64,000 nt of DNA from Chrysomallon squamiferum (taxonomy: Eukaryota > Animalia > Mollusca). Below, in pieces: positions 54,024-64,000 of the stretch. The notes beneath the pieces were generated by a model. It did no database searches, was not told the DNA's origin, and saw only the letters and a list, made by a program, of their open reading frames with translations. Each line of letters begins with the position of its first letter. Position 1 is the first letter of the stretch. Position numbers and translations under genes: made by a program. Location of the stretch: the NCBI GenBank assembly GCA_012295275.1, contig CM022678.1:4526001-4590000 (forward strand), written 5' to 3'.

Positions 54024-56052
54024 GTAATAATAGTAATAATTCAAATAATTTTAAACTGACAACTTCAATTAAAAAAAAATGTTTCTTTTACATTGAAAAT
54101 TACTGACCAGTTTTGCTCCCATATTATTTTTAATCTTTATTATTTAGTTCTGTATTTCACTTACATTTCTTCCAAAGCTTATGCATATTTATAGTCAATA
54201 CCAACATATAATATTCATATTTTCACCTTTACCAAAAATAAATTATCAGACGTGGAAAGCTTGCATATTTTTACATCATGAAAGGTTATATTAATATGTT
54301 ATAGGTGTTGAACATGTCATAAAAACACCTTAACACGACAGAAGCTTGTGCATTTTAATGCAGTGCAGTACTCACAAAAATAAATTACAATAAATGTGAA
54401 AAAGAAACCCTCCATTAACAACTTGCTTCATCTACAATATTTCTGTAACAGATATTTTCTTATTTTATATATCAGTATCTATGTGTGTGTGTGTGTGTGT
54501 GTGTACACATTATTTTATTCACGTGTACTGTATGATCGTAACATTTTTCTTCAAGTCTAATAAATAAAATTAATAAACGTGAAATTTAATATTTACTTTA
54601 TGAAAATGAAAAAACATTTGTATAAAAATAATGAATACATTTATTATATTTTTGACATTTATTTTTAATAATTTTCAGTCAAGAGCATGTTGATAATAGA
54701 GGGACAAATTTACATGTTTTACAACACCTATTATAATCACAATACATACATAAAATTAAAACAAATCAGTTATATTTACTCACAAAATATTACAAGCACA
54801 GATACTTTTTTAAATACAAATTTGTACAATAAAGTTCAGTAATTTTTTGTTCATGGGCATTAGTTATTTACTCATTTTACAAAATTAAGGTTCATCTTGT
54901 TAAAACTTGGCCAAGCAAATATATAAAATTAGAAATGAAATTTTTAAAATGAATTATTATTAATTAGTGTTACATAAAACAAATACTAATGAAATCATTT
55001 TTTGTTGGGTTTTTTCATCATTTTAAATATTCAGTTAAATCAAATTAAAGTGTGTTAGGAAATAGACTGCATTTTGAAAATTCAGAGTTCACAAACGTTT
55101 CTACAAACAAAAGAGTTATGAAAGATGATTTTGAAAGACGTGCGATTTCTGAATAAAATCATTTGATGGTGATCACAGTTAATTTATACAAGACCATAAA
55201 CTGCTATAAAAATATAGAACTGAAGAACGAGAACTGCTGTAAGACCGAATTAACACAGAGAATAAATAAGTAAATAAATAAGTAAATAAATAAATAAATA
55301 AATAAATAAAATTGTACACTGAAAAAAGAAAAGAAAAAATACAACACAGAATTATTACCAATGACACTTACACGTTTTTTCCGATGGTTTTGTGATACCA
55401 AAAAATAAACATCAATATAAAATATATAATTTTTACTTAATCAAGATTAAAATACAATATACAATAAAACAAATTTTACATACAATAAGAAAAAATAACA
55501 TTTTGTCTACCCTGCCACCTTTGTTTGCAAACAAGACCAAACTTATGTTTATCTACATTTTGATATCTGGATTATGAATAATAAACATTTGTTTATTTCT
55601 GTGAGCTGGAAAAGCAGTTTGACATTATGCAGCTGTTTTATATATATTATTATTTTTTATTCTTTTATTTTTTTTATTTTAGAAAGAAAGAAATTTTCCT
55701 AATGATGTGATCATGACACCAAATTACATATTTCACCAAACTAGTTTGTTGTATTTAGCAAACAAATAATGCAGACAATGAAAATTATATTATTAAAATA
55801 AAAGCTGAACACAAAAAAGAAAACCAAAGAGTTCACCAGCAGACCAACAACAACTGTAATAAAATATGAAACGTTTTTAAATGCGTCTTAATCAAAATAA
55901 AAATAAAAATTCTGAACAATCGATTAATTTCTTAAAATGTAAACAACACAAAAACTTAAAATAGTAAGCATTAGGTTAAGTTGATTAAAATAAAAACTGA
56001 GGATTTCCAAAAATAAGCTGCAAATAATTATCAGTATCAAATTTACCTAATC

Positions 56053-56084
<32 letters not shown>

Positions 56085-56269
56085 TCATTGTACACAGATA
56101 AACAGAATAGTTTTTTATTTTATTTTTATATACTGAAGTCAAAAAGACAAAGATTTTTAAAAAAAAATCCCATAAATCATCTAAATGAAAATTATAAAAT
56201 ATTATTTATATTCAAATATTAATAACAATAATAATAATATAACAAATAATAATAATAATTAATGCTATT

Positions 56270-56300
<31 letters not shown>

Positions 56301-56667
56301 TTATACAGACATTAAATTATATAAAACAACATTATTTATATTCTTGGTATAGATACTGAGGTATCAGATCATCATCTGCCCGACATTTGTTGTTTACTTA
56401 CACTTTTTACATTTTAAAAATTTTAAATAACATTTATCAATACTGATTCATGCAGGAAAAGCAACTTTCAAAGAACTGGTAAACACTGATTTAAGACAAT
56501 TGGTAAGGTTAGGCTAAGCAATAAAAAAAAATAAAAGATAAATAATAAATAAATTTAAATTTAAAATCGCAAAGCATTCCAGCAAAATTAAAAAGACAAA
56601 ATACAAAACAAAAAGCTTAAAATAAATTTGAAAAAGGGAGAAGAAAAAGTTGAAAAACAAATATAAG

Positions 56668-56703
<36 letters not shown>

Positions 56704-58554
56704 ATTAATTTTAATTCTGAATGAATACATATTTATTTAAATTATCCTACTCACTGGGTTATTTAGGACATTTTTAATCTGTTGTCGAGCTTGAGCAATT
56801 TCCATAGCAAGAGAACTTGTTCCTGCCTGGCCCTAAAAAACATAAGTGACCTCAGTTTAGAACTGTGAAAACACTCTCTCGTTTGTTTTTATTATAACCT
56901 AAATTCAGTTTGAACTATAAAATTTAAGTCACCTTAGTTTAGAATTGTAAGAAGAATTAAAAAAAATAAATAAAAAAACTGCCTGATGTCTTTTTATTAC
57001 AATCTAATCTTTAAAATATAAATTCATTTTGAACTACAAAATATAAGTGAACTCAGTTTAAAACAAGTCCTCGTTTGTTTTTTATTGTAATTAAATCTTC
57101 CTAAATATAAATTAATTATTAATTACAAAACACAAATGAACTCAGTTTAGAACTAAATTTTAAAAAAACTGGCTTATTTGTTCTACTGTAATTCAATCTG
57201 CTAAATATAAATTAATTTTGAACCATAAAACAAAAGCGACCTTTATTCAAAACTGTAAAAACAGTATTATTTGTTTTTATTATAATCCAATTTTCTAAAC
57301 ATTAATACTGATTTTAAGCAACAAAATATAAGAGAATTCAGTTTATAACTTTAAATGAACTGCCTCATTTGTTTCTGTTATAATCTAATTATTTTAGAAA
57401 TGTGCAGTATACTAATATATTCCATATGAATGGAAAGATTTCTGAATATAAATTACTTTAAAATTCCTAAAATTTTTCTTTCTTTTATTTTAAAAAGAAA
57501 AGGATAAAAAATCTTTAAAAAATTACTGAATAGTTGGGGGTTTTTTTTAATTGTTGGATCAAGTTTATATATCAAGAATTTTAGAATTAAGTAGTTCAGA
57601 ATTAATAAAACATATTAATTCAATTTGTACCGTCAACAGTTATAATATGCTAAAAAAAAATATTGATATACATAAGCAATTTGTTTGAGGTGGGAATTAC
57701 AAAACAAATTATTAAAATAAACATTAAAAAAATTAAGAATTATAAAAGAAAAAGTAGAAAAAGACAGTGAGACCTACAAGTTTCGTTTAATGCATTTTTT
57801 CAAACAATTACAAAATGTATTCAAGTTTCACTGACACTACAAGACAAATGTTGTAACTTAAAACAAGATGAAAATATTATAAATATGTTTCATAAAATCA
57901 CTTTATATAGATATTTTAATAGAAAAACAAGGTTAATCATAAATACATATTCACCTGGATAACAAACAGATTTTAACAGAAAAACAAGGTAAGTTCCTGA
58001 AGTCTAATTCTTAAACAATTAGAACAGATTTGTGTGATCTTTGCAGTTTTGGGATTAAAACTACAAAGCAGTCTTCATTATATTTGATAATCTTTCTTTT
58101 TTTTTTTTCATTGCTAGTCAAAAGAAAATTTTAAGAATAAATAAATAAATAAATTATAGAATAATAGCTCGTTAGATTAACCAGATTTTCACTATCAGGT
58201 AGGCAATGCATCTCTTTCAATTACCGATTTGTTTTTTTTACAAATTAAAAGGAGACAATTCACATGCACATTGCTATTGAAATTATTGCAAAATTCTGGC
58301 CAATTAGAGGTTGGTCAACTTTGCAAATTAATGACTACATTTATATTTGTGTACCAAGGATCAGACAAATGATGTTTTTGTTGAGATCTACATCTAAGTT
58401 CAAGTTTACTGAGTTTCAAGTAGAATGTAAATATGCATCCATGATATACCTTGGCCTTTGATGTTCCAGCCACCATTCTTTGATACTGAGATTCAGCATC
58501 TTCGTATTTCAGCTGACTTAGCCAAACAGAATCTTGGAGTAAAGGGCAGGCCAT
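50637..58554 (-). CDS. EEF1D: Eukaryotic translation elongation factor 1-delta, 8 coding exons, 258 aa
   Basis: Exons 58450-58554 ([15 protein letters not shown]), 56755-56832 ([13 protein letters not shown]), 53760-53838 ([14 protein letters not shown] leucine zipper), 52822-52991 ([13 protein letters not shown]), 52197-52260, 51548-51673 ([18 protein letters not shown]), 51074-51141 ([22 protein letters not shown]), 50637-50723 ([13 protein letters not shown]). Total 777 nt, phases consistent. Confidence 0.96.
53643..53729 (+). mobile_element. Possible 3' tail fragment of an RTE-clade LINE in an EEF1D intron
   Basis: gcagaatggaggaaactgg...catctgtggtac...gggatatgtgaagtgaag resembles RTE 3' ends (EWRKL motif plus gtgaag tail); recalled similarity only. 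Confidence 0.45.
56835..57400. repeat. Degenerate ~90-100-bp intronic tandem repeat (about 6 units) abutting the acceptor of the second coding exon of EEF1D (56755-56832)
   Basis: Recurrent aaaa.ataagtga.ctcagtttagaac...tttgtttttattataat.taa...aaatataaatt.a.ttt.gaac units. Confidence 0.75.
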
Positions 58555-59175
58555 TCTGTAATTATAGAAATTCTGTTAATTTTATTTATTTATTGTATGT
58601 GTGTATGTGTGTGATTATTATTATTATTATTTTTTTTTTTTTTTATAAGTTCTAATTCACTATAGATTTTGTTAGTTGTGGTTTTACTGTGTGTGCGTGT
58701 GTTGTGTGCGTACGTGTGTTTTCTGTGCATGTGTTTCTTAGTCTGTGACACAGCCTCAGACCTTTAATAAGGGAAACTTACGTCATACATTGTGGTTATT
58801 GAATATTTAACACGAACCATCGATTGGAAACCGAAAGTGTAAACAAGATTAGCAAAAACGGAATGCGAAAATCATTCGGTAATAACATCTATGTTGAAGA
58901 CTTCAATGAAGTTAAAAAGTAAATAATAAATTAATAATTCTTATATTTTCCAGACTCAGTTACAGACGTGGTCACTTCGTCTTTTCAGACTTTTGGTATC
59001 ATTCATTCACTCATCTGCACTGTACCTGGTGACTGGTCACGATAATACCTCGATCAAGAATGGTATTTGATTTTATTTTATTTTTCAGTAAATAGTTAAG
59101 TTTTTTTTTTTTTTTTTTTAAATTCCATTTTATTTAACATATTATTATCATTTGTTCATAAGTGTAAAGAAATAC

Positions 59176-59234
59176 CTTGGTGTCAGTTTGGCAATGAACT
59201 TTCGCTGAACAGCAAAATGTCAGAAAGGAAAGAA
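59176..59234 (-). promoter_or_regulatory. EEF1D: EEF1D non-coding first exon with TCT initiator / 5'TOP tract
   Basis: Minus strand TT-C(+1)TTTCCTTTCT at 59234-59222 matches the TCT motif YYC+1TTTYY. Donor CAAG|GTATTT at 59176; acceptor TTACAG|A ATG at 58555. Confidence 0.75.
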
Positions 59235-59422
59235 CACGTGAAGGAAGTCTCGGAACAATTGATAATTTAGATTTTTATATTAATTTAATTTTTATATTTA
59301 AGAGTTTTTAAAAGATATATTTATATATAATAGATTTATTTAGATTTTAATAATCATTTTATATATATATACTACATTAATGATTTTCTTTTACTGCGTA
59401 TTTCTAGTCCTAACGTGGTAAA

Positions 59423-60814
59423 ATGGCGGCGGATAAAGATAAAAGTTTGAGTACGCTACCAATATCTCGAGTGAAAACGATTATGAAAAGTTCCCCTGAT
59501 GTGTCAAGCATAAGCCAGGAAGCCTTGCATTTGACAGGGAGAGCGACGGTAAACTAAATAAGATTTTATATTCTATCATTTCGATGTTTGATATTTAAAA
59601 CTTTTAGTCATCATTTCATGGCGCCACTAAATTTAGAACATTGACCTTTGAACCGTAGCCGTTAGTCGTTACCTATATTTCATTCACAAAATATTTACTT
59701 GACAACGGACAGTTAGCTTTAAGTAAAGGTTTCCTTAGAGCTCTCATCAACATGCAGATAATTAATAAAGTACCAACTGAAGTTTTAACTGGTCACTGAA
59801 CTTAATTAACATTATAATATTAATACTAATAGTAATAGGCAGACGTCTAGACGCCATTTTTAATTATTTTACCGCCATTTGTAACAATGTTACAATTGCA
59901 ACGCTGATGAAGTCAGTCCTAACAATTAGTAAGCATGGCACAGTATTAACAGTATGATAACCGTAATGTTATCAAATTAGTGAAGTCAACATTTAAAAAA
60001 ATGTATTATTTTGCTATAAAATTACTGTCTTTGATACTGATAGAATGGATGTGAAAGAAAATGGTAAGTTCCTATCTGAATAAAATTTGCTTCTGTTTTT
60101 CCTTCAGAATCAATGGAGAAACTTCAGTCACTAAGCAATATAAACACTGAATATCTCTTACATTTGAATATTATTATAGTATATGCATGTATTATTGTAT
60201 TGTATGTATCAAAACGTAGGTTTTGATTAGTTCTAAAGCTGCAGAATATTTAAGCATGTTATTAACTCATGACTCTTAATTAATAACCTCATTTTTTATA
60301 ATTTAGTTTTTTGTGTTTCAGGAGTTGTTTATTCAAGAGCTAGCTAAGTTTTCACTAGAGAAAAGTCATGATGGCAAATCAGTCAGTTACTCAGAATTAG
60401 CAGATATTGTTAATTCTGAAGAAACTTTACAGTTTTTACAAGGTATTGTAAAAATTAATACCTAACATTAATGATATATAATTTCAATAAGTCCTGTTAA
60501 TTTTTTATTTTGTTATTTTTATTTTTATTTTTATTTTTATTTTTATTTTTATTTTTATTTTTATTTTTATTTTTTCATATTTTAATCTTTTAAGTATTAT
60601 CTTCAAGCATTACCAAAGCAAATTTTTGCTCAGTACAGTACACTCACACTCACTCTGTCTGTCTGTTTGCCTGCCCAACCTACTTTTCTTTCTGTCTCTG
60701 AGTATGTATTTTTTTTTTTGGTTTTTTTTTTTTAAAGATATTATTCCACAGAAGATTAAAGTTTCGGATTATTACAAGATGCAACAAGAACTGGAAGTGG
60801 AAAGCCAGACCTGA
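59423..60814 (+). CDS. CHRAC1: Chromatin accessibility complex protein 1 (histone-fold), 3 exons, 107 aa
   Basis: Exons 59423-59548 (LPISRVKTIMKSSPDVSSISQEAL), 60322-60442 (ELFIQELA...YSELADIVNSEETLQFLQ), 60738-60814 (DIIPQKIKV). GT-AG introns with consistent phases. Confidence 0.94.
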
Positions 60815-63439
60815 TGGGAAAGGTGTACAAAGGAAGGTTTGATGATCGTAATGTGGACTTCTGCTTCAACTAGTCAGCATGGAATTAAAAAAACAGGCAG
60901 GGTTTGTGAAACGATGTGCAGCCTAATCTCTTAGATTTTTCATCTGGGTGCAAATTGCATAAAAAGAAAAGAATTTCTCAGTATTTGCACTGGTATATAT
61001 AAATATTGTTTACAACACACAAAAAAAATCCACAACAATAAACCAAATATTTATTTTTTATTTTTATTATTTTTTTTTTTTATATATATAAGTCAGTCAT
61101 AATAATAATTTCATAGTTGGTTCTTAAGTACAAAAGTTGTTTCTGTACAACAGCTATAATACACTTTTCTTTTTTTTCACCCTCATTTTAAGCTACAACA
61201 AATAAAAAAATATATATCAGAGACATGCAGTAAAAGTTGTCATAAAAATTAATTTGCTTTAAAAGAATTAAAACAAGCACTGTGAAAATGGAGTGGTTCC
61301 ATCATACCCAAAGTGTGCAAAACTTTAATTTTTAATTTATTTTTTTTTTTTTTTTTTTTAACTTGTTTTAATAAGAAGAATCTACTGAAATCTGAATGAC
61401 TGACATGGCACACACTATTTATATAAAATAAAAGTGTGAGTTAAACAAACATAAAAAGTGATAAAAAGTGACACAAAACAACTTCATCATTCTTTGACTC
61501 TGTATGAAAACTGCCAATTTTCCAAGACAACTTTTCACTAAATGGAGCACTTTTGCTCCGTCATTTCTACCATTTTCTTTGCCAGTCGGAGAAAATAGAT
61601 TTGTTAGCACAATGTTTGTAGTGATTTACAAGATAACCAAAATTGGCATGAGGCAAATGCAAAGCTGATCCCGACAGCTGAATCTGCCTGTTTACTGGCT
61701 CTAGGTTAAAAAGACACTTTCAGTGTCACCACTCCAGTTATTAAATCATACAGATTATTTTAGTCAGATTAAATCAGAAACTTATCATTTTCCCTTGTCT
61801 GGTGTTTATTCAGGCAGTGGCAGTTGATGTTCAACTGTTCATTGATCACAGTGGTGGGATTTCTTTAATAGTTAACAGAGGCCTGACCTTTTTTTTTTTT
61901 TTTTTTTTTTTTTTTTCATCTTTCCAGGCAATAACTGTTTTTACTTAACACTGGCAGTGTGTTGCAAATATCTCAACAATATCCTTTTTTTTTTTTTTTT
62001 TTTTTTTTAAATGTTTTTATGAATTATTATATTTAATTTTCTTGTTATTCATAATATTTAAATATATATTTAACTATTCAGATCGGTGTTGACAAGACAA
62101 ACAGAACTATTTACAGTAGTTCCTAACATTTTGTTGACAATTTGTTCAAGTTCACCAGACATCAGCTTGTAATAAATCCATAATAAATTTGTCATTTAAA
62201 AATTGATTAATTAAACAACTTTCAACCACTCTGAAAAAATGAGTCCAATTTATTATAAACTTTAAAACATTTAAAAAAAAAAAATGGAAGCTGAAAATGG
62301 ATAAAATAAATAATTTTATTGTCACAAATAATTATCACTTACTTGTTTGATATGGTTTGTCTGCCAATAGTTGATGATGGTGAACCCAACAAAAGGCTGT
62401 TTTGTTGGTTTCTCTGAGATGCGCTTTTATATTATTCAGACTTGTTTTTTACAGAACAAAGTTGTCACAAAGTGAATTCTGTTAAAAGAAATGTATGTAA
62501 TATAATCTCTTGTTTCTTACTATTAACTAAATCAGTTTTAAAGTCATATCAGTCAGCTGGGCATTTCTTGCTGGATTTATAAATTCTCAATCACAATTGT
62601 TATACATTTATCTTGTATCACTTGGGCTGATTTTATGATAATTACCAACGCAAAAGTTTTTTGTAGTCCTTTTTTTTTATTATTTTATTTTATTTTATTT
62701 TTATAATTATTATTTTTTATTTTTTATTTTTTATTACTGTATAACAAAAAAACAAAACAAACCTACTACTTTCTCCTTTCTCAAAGATAAATCAAACATC
62801 TTTTACACTGACAAAGTAATAACCATGAAAACTTTCTTTACGTCTTGGATCAACTTTAGTTATTCCTTTTGTTATTATCGACTACTGTCATGGCTCTTGC
62901 TACCACACTGACTCCATCTCAGAATATGATAATGTGTAATCTTTCAGAGATGTGCTGTGGTACTTCCAGAGGAATTGTTTAACTACTTCTTCCTAGTCTT
63001 TGATCTGCTCTTCGGGTGTGTCATTTATCAAGCATAATGATACTTTTGCTAATGACACAGATTACACTGCATAATGATGGCACCAAAATATCTTAACATT
63101 TCCTGCTGTCAAATGCTTGACAAATTAATGCTAAAGTTTCGAAACTGTCTTCTATGATGACCTCCATATGTTTATCAGAGCTACCCACCGGATTGTGCAA
63201 CTCTTTGTTTGTCACTTTTCTTCGCAGACCCTGTCTTTTCCATTTGTAAAATGAAGCCAATTGCCTTTCCCTGTCTGAGCAAACCTCCTTGTAATGATCA
63301 TTTGGTTCCAGTGAGATAGGACCTTACCTGGATATCTTTTTCATATATGTCCCTGTACGAAAAAATCCCACGCCATTTTCACACACCAGTGGCAGTAAAA
63401 AAACACTTGTTAAAATACATAGTTGCCATCACAAGTGGC

Positions 63440-64000
63440 CAAAAATTATCATAATCTGGAGGGGACCCCTTTGGGCTCAGATTACGATGTGGATTTCTGT
63501 CTCTTTAAAGAACATGAAAAAAAATTGATGCAAATACTGCCTTTCTCTCATTTGATATATATAATTTGTGTTGCTGCAAGTTGCATTACATAGCGTCTTG
63601 TTAATTTAGAGGTAGCTGTTTGTTTTCCATACCTTTTACCACCTGTTAGAACATCTTCCTATCAAGCTTCTCTTGATACCTTCCTAAAAATTACACCCAT
63701 CCTTTTTAAGATACGGCTGATGTATTATTCCTTTTCTAGTTAGCAGTCATCACTATGTACATGTAGTGATGATAAATGCAAAAATGTTTTAGCATTGCCA
63801 TCCAACTGAATTATCACATCTAAAGCTGTGCTTAACTATTGATCTACAATATAAATTTTCTGCACTAGCTTGAGTACCATCATAATTTGTCTCGCATATG
63901 TGATTTGCCTTGCAGTTCACATAGCCCTGGCTTCTTTTGTGGCATAGCCTGTTGACTATTTGTATATGCTATCACTGTCAACAAACACAAAATGTCCTTT
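63440..64000 (-). mobile_element. Degenerate Mutator-like (MULE/Phantom-type) DNA transposase fragment
   Basis: Minus-strand blocks NYDG...RS..KH.FR, DGNAKTF, EKE*YISRILKRMG...LTGGKRYGK and RKAVFASIFFH...NPHRNLSPKG follow the order of the Mutator-like motifs NY.GSS, DGDSK.F, KEEC.NHV.KRMG, LGG.G.GKLT and H..STD..P.H..CP.G. Multiple stops and frameshifts. Confidence 0.7.

Noticed and set aside
55370-55398. Possible 27-nt EEF1D micro-exon VSQNHRKKR with a perfect GTAAGT donor in a phase-0 intron
   Set aside because: There is no AG acceptor (preceded by TTTTTG), so it cannot be supported without RNA data.
56350-56385. C box ATGATGA on the EEF1D sense strand
   Set aside because: CTGA follows immediately, with no room for a guide and no distal D box or stem.

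Overview
Very AT-rich, microsatellite-rich, intron-containing animal genomic DNA. It is most likely a mollusc, which I infer from the SINE types and the PAN-fibrinogen lectins. There is one 200-N assembly gap. Reading splice sites by hand gives these genes: (1) a complete 9-exon activator E2F (E2F1/2/3-like, minus strand, 430 aa) with a U12-type AT-AC intron and E2F sites in its own promoter; (2) a 5-exon peflin/penta-EF-hand gene (minus) with an apparent 1-bp frameshift in exon 3; (3) a decaying cluster of secreted PAN/apple + fibrinogen-domain genes, made up of one 5-exon minus copy with an in-frame TGA at a conserved Cys and a duplicated, truncated last exon, one divergent plus copy cut off near the gap, and two orphan exon remnants between them; (4) eEF1-delta (minus, 258 aa) with a TCT/5'TOP-type non-coding first exon, head-to-head with (5) CHRAC1 (plus, 107 aa). 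The window also holds a degenerate Mutator-like transposase at the right end, SINE/LINE remnants, intronic tandem repeats anchored at splice acceptors, and orphan promoter-like motif clusters. Most ORFs in the supplied track are microsatellite artefacts. I see no clear evidence of a wholly new biological system. The PAN-FBG cluster is the best candidate for follow-up.
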